Assembly: GCA_021786315.1 (NCBI GenBank)
Contig: JAJYNN010000003.1
Location: 3,360 to 67,359 of the forward strand
Direction of reading: 5' to 3'
Source: a bacterium
GTDB lineage: Bacteria > Patescibacteriota > Microgenomatia > Daviesbacterales > UBA10151
DNA length: 64,000 bases
A program made the position numbers and the translations under genes. A model generated the notes under the pieces. That model was not told the DNA's origin. It searched no databases and worked only from the letters and a program-made list of their open reading frames with translations. This document shows positions 38,680 through 47,802 of the stretch, piece by piece. Numbering within the stretch: the first letter of the stretch is position 1; each line of letters starts with the position of its first letter.

Positions 38680-38889
38680 CTACTCACTTTTGCCAAAAAT
38701 CCAGGGGGTATTGGTTTTAATCTTTTTATCTCCTCTTTCCTTATCCAAAATCTTTTGTAATTTACCTCTTTCAGTCATTCTGGCCACCCGGACAACCGTA
38801 TCCGTACCTACTTTTACTTCCTCGGCAATTTTTCGGATAGTTAGCCCTTCCTCAAGAAGCTGAATAATTTGCCAGCGGTTTTTTAACAT
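38680..38889 (-). CDS. TrpR-like (YerC/YecD family) HTH protein, N-terminally short or non-AUG start
   Basis: EIRMLKNRWQIIQLLEEGLTIRKIAEEVKVGTDTVVRVARM resembles the YerC/YecD TrpR-like HTH. The frame is open a further 28 codons upstream (DIPDPILKELLTASEIR) with no ATG. Confidence 0.55.
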   Translation of the reverse strand: MLKNRWQIIQLLEEGLTIRKIAEEVKVGTDTVVRVARMTERGKLQKILDKERGDKKIKTNTPWIFGKSE

Positions 38890-38967
38890 CCGGATCTCAG
38901 AGGCAGTAAGAAGCTCTTTTAAGATTGGATCCGGAATATCAGTGGAAACACTTGTTTTAGGCTTAGA

Positions 38968-39004
38968 CGTATGGATACATCATATACAGAGAAGAGTAGA
39001 GAAG
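38968..39004. repeat. 37-bp element cgtatggatacatcatatacagagaagagtagagaag, second copy at 45801-45840
   Basis: About 90% identity between the two copies. Both lie immediately upstream, on the minus strand, of the trpR-like gene and of recA. On the minus strand the first copy gives TTGACT-N18-TATGAT. Confidence 0.75.
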
Positions 39005-39016
39005 TCAAGAAAAAAT

Positions 39017-39289
39017 TTACTTGATTTTTCTCTTGAGGGTTTTGCCGGCGGTAAAACCCGGAGTTTTCTTGGAAGGGATCTGGATAATTGCTCCGGTTTG
39101 GGGATTCCTTCCCCTTCTGGCAGCCCGGGAACGGATCAAAAATGTCCCGAATCCGGAGATAACCACTTTTTCCCCCCGGGTTAAGGCATCGCTGATTAAA
39201 TTAAAGGTGGCATTGACCGCATCATCAGAAGCGCTTTTAGTTAACGAGGCTTTCTTGGCAACTTTTTCTACAAGTTCGTTTTTGGTCAT
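39017..39289 (-). CDS. hup: HU-family DNA-binding protein
   Basis: GFGTFLIRSRAARRGRNPQTGAIIQIPSKKTPGFTAGK: conserved HU arm. Confidence 0.9.
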   Translation of the reverse strand: MTKNELVEKVAKKASLTKSASDDAVNATFNLISDALTRGEKVVISGFGTFLIRSRAARRGRNPQTGAIIQIPSKKTPGFTAGKTLKRKIK

Positions 39290-39383
39290 TTCATATCTCC
39301 AATCAATGTTCTTAAGTCAGGGTAAGTTGACTTTAGCAAATAATTAGCTTGTTGTAAAGATATATCCGGATTAAAATGGCCTT

Positions 39384-40532
39384 ATGTCCAAAACTTTCTT
39401 TTTTGTTTTCCCGTTCTTTATTTTGGTAACCGCTCAATTTGTTTTCAGTATTTTTAAGGTTTTACATGCACCAGCCCAGGATTTTGAAGTTTTCTATTTA
39501 TCAGGCAAACAATTTTTATTGTCCCAAAATCCCTATTTGCTGCTCGGGAAAGATATTGTCAGAAATCCTCCGCCGGCACTTTTTCTTTTTGGCCTCTTCT
39601 CTTTTGCCCCGCTAATTGCAAGCCAGGCAGCTTGGGCTATCTTTTCCCTGGGAACTTTCTTTTATTCTTCCTTATATTTTCAAAAAATTATCGGAAAAGT
39701 AAGCTTAGTCCAAACTTTAGGTTTTTTATCATTAGTCTTTTTATTTTTCCCTTTCAGATACAACCTCGGTTCCGGTCAAGTTAATAACCTTTTGTTAATG
39801 CTTCTGACACTCACTTTTTATTTCCTTTGGAAAAAAGAGAATTGGAAAGCGGGGATCTTGCTTGCCCTGGCCATTTCCCTAAAATTTACCCCGTTATTTT
39901 TGCTCTTACCGCTACTGCTAAGAAAACAGATTAAACCACTTATAACCACCATTGTTAGTTTAATCTCTTTAGCCTTATTCACTTTCCTATTTAAGGGCGG
40001 ATCTGTCTTTACCCAGTATCAAAAAGTATCCTCTTCTTTCTTTGATTTCCATATTTCTTCTTATTACAACCAGTCGTTAACAGGATTATTAGCCAGACTT
40101 CAGCTTTCACCCCAATTATCACAACAAATATTATATGTATCGCTATTTTTATTCCTGATTATTTTTGGGATATTCTGCTACAAGTTAAAAAAAAGGGGAT
40201 TAGCGGGAGAACTCATTATATGGAACAGTAGTATCTTAACAATGCTCATCTTCGCTCCTTTTGCCTGGCAATACCATTTTGTAATTACTATATTCCCCCT
40301 GGTAACAACCTTCTATTTAATCTCAAAAACAAAAATTTATAATAAGGTATTCCTTTTTCTAACCTTAGGAGCCAGTTACCTTCTTCTTGCTTTAAATATC
40401 CAGTCCTTGTCTTTTAGCCATATTTACCTGTCTGCAATAGTTCTTTCCAACCAACTCTGGGGATCAATATTACTGCTAGTATTAAATATTTATCTGGGAA
40501 GCAGGGTATTAAAGATAAATTTTACCCGCTAA
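39384..40532 (+). CDS. integral membrane glycosyltransferase, GT87/DUF2029-like
   Basis: Polytopic membrane protein with an N-terminal DUF2029-like region (FEVFYLSGKQFLLSQNPY). Family assignment is from memory. Confidence 0.5.
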   Translation: MSKTFFFVFPFFILVTAQFVFSIFKVLHAPAQDFEVFYLSGKQFLLSQNPYLLLGKDIVRNPPPALFLFGLFSFAPLIASQAAWAIFSLGTFFYSSLYFQKIIGKVSLVQTLGFLSLVFLFFPFRYNLGSGQVNNLLLMLLTLTFYFLWKKENWKAGILLALAISLKFTPLFLLLPLLLRKQIKPLITTIVSLISLALFTFLFKGGSVFTQYQKVSSSFFDFHISSYYNQSLTGLLARLQLSPQLSQQILYVSLFLFLIIFGIFCYKLKKRGLAGELIIWNSSILTMLIFAPFAWQYHFVITIFPLVTTFYLISKTKIYNKVFLFLTLGASYLLLALNIQSLSFSHIYLSAIVLSNQLWGSILLLVLNIYLGSRVLKINFTR

Positions 40533-41871
40533 TGGAATAATCTACGGCGCGGACTTCACGGATCGCGGTAACTTTCACCTGTCCGGGAACCATCACTTCT
40601 TTGGAAATCTTTTCCGCAATGTCGTGGGTCAATTTTGGCAATTCATCATCAGAAACTTTCTCCGGAAAAACAATAACCCGGACTTCCCGTCCCGCTTCCA
40701 CCGCAAAAGCTTTTTCCACCCCTTCAAAACTTGTAGCAATCTTCTCAATATCAGCAATCCTCTTAATGTAACCTTCAACATCTCCCCGTCTGGCACCCGG
40801 CCGGGCACCGGAAATAGCGTCAGCGATGTAACAAATGATGGAATTGACGGATGAGAATGGCTTATCTTCGTGGTGTTCGGCAATACAGTTGACTACCTCT
40901 TCCGGAAGTCCAAATTTCTTGGCAACTGCCACACCTTTATCAACATGGGTTCCCTCATCATCCGGCGCCGCCACTTTACCGATATCGTGAAGCAGACAAC
41001 CAAGTCTGACTACATTAACATTGGCTCCCAGTTCCTTGGCCAAAGCAATACCAATCTTGGTTTCCTCTAAAGTATGCTGGATCATGTTTTGACCATAAGA
41101 ATAGCGGTATTTAAATCTTCCCAAAAGGGAAACCAGTTCCCGGGGTAAGTTATAAACTCCAACTTCGTGGGCCAATTGTTCCCCAGCCTGAAACATTATC
41201 TTTTCCACATCTTCCTGGGTGTGACGGACAACTTCCTCAATTCTTTCGGGTTGAATCCTACCGTCCTGCATTAGTTTTTCCAAAGAAATGCGGGCAATTT
41301 CCCGGCGGACCGGGTCAAAAGAAGACAAGATCAAAACTCCCGGAGTTTCATCCATTAAGACATCAACACCGGTAGCGGACTCAAAAGCCCGGATGTTTCT
41401 TCCCTCTTTGCCGATAATCCTTCCCTTCATTTCTTCATCAGGAAGTTTAACTTGGGAAGTGGTAAATTCGGAAACATAATCGGTCACTCCGTGAAGCATG
41501 GTTTCAGCCAAAATTTCCCGGGCTTTTTCATCGGATTGGAGTTTAATTTCCTCTTCGGCTTCTTTAACCTTTTTGGAAATTTCTGATGCCAAATCTTTTT
41601 CGACATTTTCTATCAGGATCTTTTTGGCATCCTCGGCAGACAAGGAGGTGGTCTTTTCTAACTTGGCCACTAAATCCTGACGGGTTTTTTCTAAAATTGC
41701 CAGCTTATCGTCTAAGGCTTTGAGCTTTTCGTTAATTAACTTTTCCCGCTCTTCTAAAGCACCTTCCCTTTTGGCCAAATCCGCTTCCCTTTGGGAAAAA
41801 TTGGCAGAGGAATTTCCCCCCTTAGAGTTATCAGATTGGTTAAATTGTGAAGAACCAAAACTTTTTTGCAT
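40522..41871 (-). CDS. rny: ribonuclease Y
   Basis: Coiled-coil N-terminus. KH domain (IIGKEGRNIRAFESATGV). HD domain (LLHDIGK...HHED). No N-terminal TM. Confidence 0.88.
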   Translation of the reverse strand: MQKSFGSSQFNQSDNSKGGNSSANFSQREADLAKREGALEEREKLINEKLKALDDKLAILEKTRQDLVAKLEKTTSLSAEDAKKILIENVEKDLASEISKKVKEAEEEIKLQSDEKAREILAETMLHGVTDYVSEFTTSQVKLPDEEMKGRIIGKEGRNIRAFESATGVDVLMDETPGVLILSSFDPVRREIARISLEKLMQDGRIQPERIEEVVRHTQEDVEKIMFQAGEQLAHEVGVYNLPRELVSLLGRFKYRYSYGQNMIQHTLEETKIGIALAKELGANVNVVRLGCLLHDIGKVAAPDDEGTHVDKGVAVAKKFGLPEEVVNCIAEHHEDKPFSSVNSIICYIADAISGARPGARRGDVEGYIKRIADIEKIATSFEGVEKAFAVEAGREVRVIVFPEKVSDDELPKLTHDIAEKISKEVMVPGQVKVTAIREVRAVDYSISG

Positions 41872-42101
41872 AGTAAAAATTTAGAGGCCAGAAAGGTTAA
41901 ACCAATTACTTGGAGATTTGGGTATTTGAATTAAGTTTTACTTTCGCAAACTTCATCATAACCTGAAAATCTTTCTGACTTCCTGATAAGTTTACCTTTT
42001 TCGTCTGAAAAAGGCAAGCTCTGCTTACCCCTTTTGAAGAATTTTTTCAACGTTGCTCATGTCATGGAAATGAAAGGTCTTTTCTGTTATATTCCAAATC
42101 T

Positions 42102-42743
42102 ATGGAGAAGCTAAGCTCAAAACCAGGTATTATTTTAGATAACGATGGTACTTTAGTTGATACAGATGAACTAATCCTTCAGTCATTCGAAAATAATTTC
42201 CGCAATCTGGGGGTAAAGTTTACCAGAGAACAGATTAGCAGTGTTCTTGGTCCATCATTAGAAACCTGCTATCGGACATTTGTTCCCGGAGCGGACATAC
42301 TCCGCTTATGTGAAACCCATATAGATTTCCAAAGGGATAATCCACATTTAATCAAAACTTATCCGGGAGTACTTGAAACCCTGGAGGAACTCCGGAAAAG
42401 GGGGTACCCTTTAGCAATTACCACAAATTGGTATGGGGGCTTTCCTGCAAGTTTAAGGATAACCGGAATTGACCAAATTGTTAAAACAGTCATTACCTGT
42501 GAAGATGTAGCAAACCCTAAACCTCATCCGGAAATGATATACAAAGCCTCATCTCTTTTGGGAATAGATCCTCAGGATGCTTATATGGCAGGTGATAGCC
42601 CTACTGATATACACGCCGCAAAAGCAGCGGGAGTCAGAAAAATTATTGGAGTTGATCATAAATATAAGAAAAGGAAGTTGTTACTTGCTACAGGTGCCCA
42701 TCAGGTAATCCATAATTTCCAAGATCTACTCGGATTAATTTAA
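42102..42743 (+). CDS. HAD-superfamily hydrolase (subfamily IA phosphatase)
   Basis: Motif I ILDNDGTLVDT. KPHPEMIY. Motif IV GDSPTDIHAAKAAG. Confidence 0.8.
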   Translation: MEKLSSKPGIILDNDGTLVDTDELILQSFENNFRNLGVKFTREQISSVLGPSLETCYRTFVPGADILRLCETHIDFQRDNPHLIKTYPGVLETLEELRKRGYPLAITTNWYGGFPASLRITGIDQIVKTVITCEDVANPKPHPEMIYKASSLLGIDPQDAYMAGDSPTDIHAAKAAGVRKIIGVDHKYKKRKLLLATGAHQVIHNFQDLLGLI

Positions 42744-42796
42744 GGAAACCTTATTATCTTGACAAGGAATACTTTAGTGTTTATTATCGGCTTAAA

Positions 42797-43501
42797 GTGG
42801 CCACAGAAAAAGCAGAACCCCGAATCACCCGTAAGATGCTGCAAACTCCAACTCTTGCTCAGGCAAGAAGAGTTTTAGGTGGCAAATTACCTAGTGTTTT
42901 TGAAAAATATGATTTTCCTGCCCAAGGAATTGTTATTACAGAAGATGGTCCTAAAGTTCCTGTTTATGTGGCCAGCGATCAAGGTTTTAAGTATCCAGGT
43001 AAACAAGCCCTAAGAAAAGACATTCATCCGTCTCTTGAAGAAAAAGGGGCTTTTATCCTTGATCCATTTGCCATGTGTGGAGAATTTGTAGAGCCAAGCC
43101 TTTTCGATCAAAACCGACCATTAGTTGATCTGATAAAAGATTGGGGATGGTTTAACGATAACGTTATTCACACAGTTAATTATGGATTAGCCATTCCAAG
43201 AGCAGGTTTAGTTTTTGCAATTTGTGAAGGCGCAGTTTTAGATGATGGGATGTCGGCAGAGATAGCTTATGCGGCCACTAATTTTTGTCCGGTTGTAGCT
43301 GCAAGATCAGATTTTCACCTTAACGAAAACGTAGCAACTGGTATCAATCCCGCGGTAAGAGTTTTTGCTCATCCGAGATATCACGGAGGCAGTTATCACG
43401 AAAACCCGATAGAAGATTCAGCTTATCAATCAGCTTTCAATGCAGCTGAAAAAATCATTCAACGAATCCTTCAGAATTGGGAAATTCTTAAAAATAGTTA
43501 A
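42797..43501 (+). CDS. nucleoside 2-deoxyribosyltransferase-like protein
   Basis: DDGMSAEIAYAATNFCPVVAARSDFH resembles the D.GTxFExGYAxAxGKPVxxxxxDxR core of that fold. Tentative. Confidence 0.45.
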   Translation: MATEKAEPRITRKMLQTPTLAQARRVLGGKLPSVFEKYDFPAQGIVITEDGPKVPVYVASDQGFKYPGKQALRKDIHPSLEEKGAFILDPFAMCGEFVEPSLFDQNRPLVDLIKDWGWFNDNVIHTVNYGLAIPRAGLVFAICEGAVLDDGMSAEIAYAATNFCPVVAARSDFHLNENVATGINPAVRVFAHPRYHGGSYHENPIEDSAYQSAFNAAEKIIQRILQNWEILKNS

Positions 43502-44145
43502 GAGAATTTCTCCACAACAGTTTTGGAAGTTTCATAATCAAAACCTCTTCTCATAAGAAATTCCAAAGCCTTTTTTTTAAATTCCCGGCGTTCTAAATTT
43601 TTCCAACTCTTCATCTTTTTTTCTAAAGCTTTTTCAGCTAAATCTTCTTCACTTCCATCATCTTCCTTTACTACTTCCTCGATAATTTCCCGGTCAATGC
43701 CTTTTTGAAAAAGTTCTGCCTTTAAAGCCCTAACCCCTTTTTGTTTACTTTTTCTTCTTGCCTCTACCCAAGATTTAGCAAATTCTAAATCATTAATCAT
43801 TCCTTTCGCTTTGAGTCTCTCCACCAGAAGATCTATTACTAAATCAGAAATTTCCTCCCTATCCTTAAGTTTTCTTTTAAAAGATAAATTTTTTAGATAG
43901 TCTCTAGTTTCTTTTTCGGAACGTTGCCTAACAGAAAAAAGCCCGTACATCCTTTCCATTAGTTTCCCCACTTCTGATTCAAATAAAAGTTTTTCCAAAT
44001 CTTTTTGCTCAATAATTTTTCCGGGAATTATCCGATAAGAGACAATTAAATCTTCATCCGCCCCAAAGGCAAATTGACCATCTAAAAAAATGTTAAATCT
44101 TTTGGGGTTCTTTTTTTGGGGTTCGACTGAGGTAATTTTAGACAT
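43498..44145 (-). CDS. recX: recombination regulator RecX
   Basis: RFNIFLDGQFAFGADEDLIVSYRI..G and the three-helix-repeat architecture of RecX. Confidence 0.8.
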   Translation of the reverse strand: MSKITSVEPQKKNPKRFNIFLDGQFAFGADEDLIVSYRIIPGKIIEQKDLEKLLFESEVGKLMERMYGLFSVRQRSEKETRDYLKNLSFKRKLKDREEISDLVIDLLVERLKAKGMINDLEFAKSWVEARRKSKQKGVRALKAELFQKGIDREIIEEVVKEDDGSEEDLAEKALEKKMKSWKNLERREFKKKALEFLMRRGFDYETSKTVVEKFS

Positions 44146-44163
44146 AAGAACAATAATTACCAG

Positions 44164-44679
44164 TTATCCTAACAATGCTGTTTTAACTTTTAAGGCTGAG
44201 GGTGGTTCTGGTGTTGCAACTGTATTTTTCAAAAGTTCATGCATGGAAGATCTAACTCTGTTTACATTAAAACGGGAATCAATTTCTCTTACCCGGCAGT
44301 GCTGGATACAACCCTCAATAAACTTTGTCGCTTCCGGATCCTTTGCCAGATATCTTTGCTGGATTTCTTCCCAGGAAACCCCGCCTTTTTCAATTTCCGG
44401 GCATTCATCGGCAACCTGGTAATCCATAATATTTTCAACACGAAGCCTCACTTGGGAATCAGAAAAAAACCAGTCCTCGTTATTTAAAACAACACTTGCT
44501 TCCTTTCCGCAATTTGCACATTCAACTTTTCGGGAAACTAAGTCTGAAGGCGTGGGCAAAGATACTCTGACTAAGGGAAACTCGCTTTCCTGGTCTTCTT
44601 CAATTTTCCAGGTAACGCCATTATCTTCGAACCATTTTTGAAGCTCTGGATCAGCAATCTTTAATTCACTTTCTGCCAT
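44164..44679 (-). CDS. hypothetical Cys-containing protein (171 aa) between recA and recX
   Basis: Starts directly at the recA stop and ends 18 bp before recX. Contains CANCGKEAS...C pairs (possible zinc ribbon). Confidence 0.6.
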   Translation of the reverse strand: MAESELKIADPELQKWFEDNGVTWKIEEDQESEFPLVRVSLPTPSDLVSRKVECANCGKEASVVLNNEDWFFSDSQVRLRVENIMDYQVADECPEIEKGGVSWEEIQQRYLAKDPEATKFIEGCIQHCRVREIDSRFNVNRVRSSMHELLKNTVATPEPPSALKVKTALLG

Positions 44680-45738
44680 TTATACTGTCTCTACCAACTC
44701 TTCCTCTTCTTCCTTACCCACCACCATCTCTTTCCCTGTTGCCTGTTTATTCCAGGCATCGCGGATTTCTTTTTCCAGCTTTTCCGCCAGTTTATTGTCT
44801 TCCTTTAGGGTGGAAATGGCGGCTGCCCTTCCCTGACCCAATAGTTGTTCACCCCAGCGGATAAAGGCCCCGGACTTACTCAAAATTCCCAGTTCAATCC
44901 CCACATCCAATAACTCGCCTTCGTGGGAAATGCCATTAGAGTCCATATCAAACTCAGCAATCCGGAATGGGGGAGCGACCTTATTTTTGACAACCTTGAC
45001 CCGATGGCGGGAACCGACAACCTGGTCACCGTCCTTGATATTTTCAATCTTGCGGATATCAAGTCTCACGGAAGCGTAAAACTTTAAGGCCAACCCGCCC
45101 GGGGTGGTTTCCGGGTTGCCAAACATCACCCCGATTTTTTGGCGCAATTGGTTGGTGAATATGGCAATGGTGTTGGTGTTGGCAATTGCCCCGGTCAGTT
45201 TTCTCAAAGCCTGGGACATCAAGCGGGCCTGGACACCAATCATGGAATCACCCATTTCCCCCTCGATTTCCGCCTTGGGTACCAAAGCCGCCACTGAATC
45301 AATAACAATGACATCAATTCCCCCGGAACGGATTAAGGTCTCGGCAATTTCCAAAGCCTGCTCACCGGTGTCCGGCTGGGAAATTAACAGGTCGTCTAAA
45401 TTAACGCCTAACTTTTGTGCCCTTTGGGGGTCTAAGGCATGTTCGGCATCAATAAAGGCTGCCACGCCGCCGCGTTTTTGGGCTTCGGCAATAACATGCA
45501 AAGCCACTGTAGTTTTACCGGAAGCTTCCGGTCCGTAGATTTCAATAATCCTTCCTTTGGGAAGTCCGCCGGCACCAAGGGCCAAGTCTAAAGCAATGGA
45601 ACCGGTGGGGATAACTTCAACCGACATCTTTTCCACCCGTTCGCCAAGCCTCATTATCGAACCCGTACCGTATTGTTTTTGGATCTGCTGCATAGCAGCT
45701 AAAATTGCAGTTTTACGGGCATCGCCGTTGTCAGCCAT
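44680..45738 (-). CDS. recA: recombinase RecA
   Basis: Walker [23 protein letters not shown]. Full-length RecA similarity. Confidence 0.95.
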   Translation of the reverse strand: MADNGDARKTAILAAMQQIQKQYGTGSIMRLGERVEKMSVEVIPTGSIALDLALGAGGLPKGRIIEIYGPEASGKTTVALHVIAEAQKRGGVAAFIDAEHALDPQRAQKLGVNLDDLLISQPDTGEQALEIAETLIRSGGIDVIVIDSVAALVPKAEIEGEMGDSMIGVQARLMSQALRKLTGAIANTNTIAIFTNQLRQKIGVMFGNPETTPGGLALKFYASVRLDIRKIENIKDGDQVVGSRHRVKVVKNKVAPPFRIAEFDMDSNGISHEGELLDVGIELGILSKSGAFIRWGEQLLGQGRAAAISTLKEDNKLAEKLEKEIRDAWNKQATGKEMVVGKEEEEELVETV

Positions 45739-45815
45739 ACAGCCATAGTAGAATAAAACCCGAAACTCGTCAAGTACCTATTTTGGCCTTCTTGTTCTAC
45801 CGTATGGATACATAA

Positions 45816-46325
45816 TTACAGAGAAGATGGAGTAGAGAAGATTTGAATGGTCTTAAGAATTTCCCTTTCAATGCCTTTAATTAAGTCGTACTTTTTTAAG
45901 TCCTTTTTATCCACCCAGGCATAGTCATCAAACTCCGGGGGAATCACCACTCTCCCCTTTTTATAACGGACGGCAAATTTCATACAAACCACCGGGACAT
46001 TGTCCGGGCGGACAAAGACAACACTTTCCAGATACCTGGAGTCAACAACTTCCAGCCCGCTCTCCTCTTTGGCTTCCCTCTCAATAAGTTTTTCCACCAA
46101 CCCTTCCCAATTGGGGACATCGTGGTTCATCCGGGTTATGGGGTTATTCTCCAAATCCGACCATTCCAGCTTTCCCCCGGTGACTCCCCAAAGCCCGGGA
46201 TGAGTAACCTCTTTTTTGGACCTTTGCAAAATTAAACATTTCTTTTTCCTGGGGTGATAAATAACCGAGGTAACTACGAAGTAGAATAATTTATTTTTCT
46301 TAGCTTTTTCTAAAGATATTCTCAT
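45816..46325 (-). CDS. NUDIX hydrolase
   Basis: Nudix box GGKLEWSDLE...REAKEESGLEV. Its last 8 codons fall inside the 37-bp repeat copy at 45801-45840. Confidence 0.8.
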   Translation of the reverse strand: MRISLEKAKKNKLFYFVVTSVIYHPRKKKCLILQRSKKEVTHPGLWGVTGGKLEWSDLENNPITRMNHDVPNWEGLVEKLIEREAKEESGLEVVDSRYLESVVFVRPDNVPVVCMKFAVRYKKGRVVIPPEFDDYAWVDKKDLKKYDLIKGIEREILKTIQIFSTPSSL

Positions 46326-46335
46326 ATCCTAATGG

Positions 46336-46379
46336 CATTATAAGTCTACTGGCCTACGGCAAGATCTTGTAATTCTCGT
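46336..46379. repeat. copy of the dispersed repeat family (inverted relative to 22687-22733)
   Basis: ataagtctactggcctacggcaagatcttgtaattctcg. Lies between the NUDIX start and tRNA-Pro. Confidence 0.7.
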
Positions 46380-46426
46380 GGTACTCGAATTATAAGTACG
46401 GCTTTGATAAAATACCAGAGTAACTA

Positions 46427-46501
46427 CGGGGTGTAGTTCATCGGTAGAACGCTCGCATGGGGTGCGAGAAGCAGCAGGTTCAATTCCTGTCACCCCGACC
46501 A
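46427..46501 (+). tRNA. tRNA-Pro (anticodon GGG), CCA encoded
   Basis: Manual fold: 7-bp acceptor stem CGGGGUG/CACCCCG, D-stem GUUC/GAAC, anticodon stem CUCGC/GCGAG with loop A-U-GGG-G-U (U33, G37), T-loop GUUCAAUU, discriminator A, CCA. Followed by atttttattt. Confidence 0.85.
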
Positions 46502-46526
46502 TTTTTATTTCTGCCCCAAATTCTAA

Positions 46527-46763
46527 ATGGGAACCGAAAAGGATATTGATGCCAGCGTTGATAGATACGGTCACGGCAGCCAAACAGTCAGGAAAAGGCA
46601 TCGTGAAAGAGAAAAACAGGTTTTTGGGATTTCCAAAAAAGCTGCCAGGTCAACCAGAAGAAAATCTAAGATAGAGGAAAACATTCCTGCAGCCCTGGAA
46701 ACAATTGAGGAAGAAATTATCCGCCCCGCACCCCTGGACACTTCTGAAGAAACCGATGAATAA
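46527..46763 (+). CDS. possible small charged protein (78 aa)
   Basis: ORF downstream of the tRNA. Highly charged. No RBS and no family. Confidence 0.25.
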   Translation: MGTEKDIDASVDRYGHGSQTVRKRHREREKQVFGISKKAARSTRRKSKIEENIPAALETIEEEIIRPAPLDTSEETDE

Positions 46764-46773
46764 TCCAAAACCC

Positions 46774-47355
46774 TTACGAAGTTTTTAAGTCTTCAATCCG
46801 GACAAAGCCTCCGGAATAAATTGAAGTGTTAGAATTATTTTCCGCCGGGGTTTCATTTTGTAAAAGTTTTGGCGGTTCCTTTTTGACAATCACCGTCATC
46901 TCGACTTTTTGTTTATTCTCCCCTCCTCTTTCCCTGATTTGTTCAATATCGGAAACCACCTCTGCCTTTACCAAGCCCTCTTCGGCAACCATCTGTTCCA
47001 GATGTTCCCCCGGAGTAAGCAGAGGTTTTTCCACAACTTCATAAGCCCCAACCCCCTCCTCCGTTACTGCCAGCTCCCCCACCGCTTCCTTTAAATTGTT
47101 AAACCTTTGTTTAACTTCAGCAGTTTCAATGGAATACCCATGGCCTTTTTCCAAAGCATGGGCCACTAATCTGGGCTTTAACCCGGCACTCATCAAAGCC
47201 TTCATGGTAACTTCTGCCTGTTTAGCATCCCCTTCTTTGACATCCTTCACCCACCACATCTCCACATCATATTCATCACCGGAAGGAGAAGTTGTCGCCA
47301 CATCATCAGTTTGGGTTTGGGTTACGGCAGAATTTTTCTGGTCATCATCACTCAT
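46774..47355 (-). CDS. hypothetical acidic protein (193 aa)
   Basis: ORF with an acidic low-complexity N-terminus. No family recognised. Confidence 0.5.
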   Translation of the reverse strand: MSDDDQKNSAVTQTQTDDVATTSPSGDEYDVEMWWVKDVKEGDAKQAEVTMKALMSAGLKPRLVAHALEKGHGYSIETAEVKQRFNNLKEAVGELAVTEEGVGAYEVVEKPLLTPGEHLEQMVAEEGLVKAEVVSDIEQIRERGGENKQKVEMTVIVKKEPPKLLQNETPAENNSNTSIYSGGFVRIEDLKTS

Positions 47356-47647
47356 TCTGGATGAATTTTACTCCTATTGACCCCTTTTTCAAAGTAATAT
47401 AACAAACAAAGACTATCCCCACTCAAAAAAATTTAATGGGTCACTGGGAACAAGAGACCGTTAAAAATTTGACGAAGTTGCTGTCAGGGGGAACCGGAAA
47501 CTGACCGAAGGGAATTTCCGAGGGGGTGAGCCCCCGACTAGCAACAAGACAAATTTAGGTCTCGTTCCTGTGACCAGAGTTTTACCACGCTTTTGCGGCC
47601 AAAAGCGTGAATAAAAAAACCATATCTTTCTAATTTACCGAAGGTAA

Positions 47648-47745
47648 ACAAGATCTTGCGAAGCAAGTAGACTTATTCTTAAGGTGACGCCTAAGACCGT
47701 TAGGTCGCAAGCTCTGCTTATCTTACGCCGAGGCGTCACCTTTTC
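47648..47745. repeat. mosaic intergenic repeat: caagatcttgcgaagcaagtagacttat + palindrome aaggtgacgcc...ggcgtcacctt + ggtcgcaagctctgcttat
   Basis: Shares modules with 22687-22733 and 46336-46379 (caagatcttg, agtagacttat), with 55613-55649 (aaggtgacgcc/ggcgtcacctt arms), with 34801-34818 (ggtcgcaagctc, inverted) and with 42013-42029 (gcaagctctgctta). Confidence 0.7.
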
Positions 47746-47802
47746 TAGATGCAATTTTGAAGTATTTCTAATAATTTAAATCGGGTTTAGAATAATCCTC
47801 AC

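Noticed and set aside
46338-46601. 87-aa minus-strand ORF and 70-aa plus-strand ORF (46462-46674)
   Set aside because: Both overlap the tRNA-Pro gene. The tRNA fold is convincing, so these ORFs are spurious.
47681-47737. Hairpin + TTTTCT resembling an intrinsic terminator
   Set aside because: It sits in a divergent promoter region with no upstream gene on that strand. The same palindrome at 55613-55649 lacks a U-tract. Treated as a repeat element.
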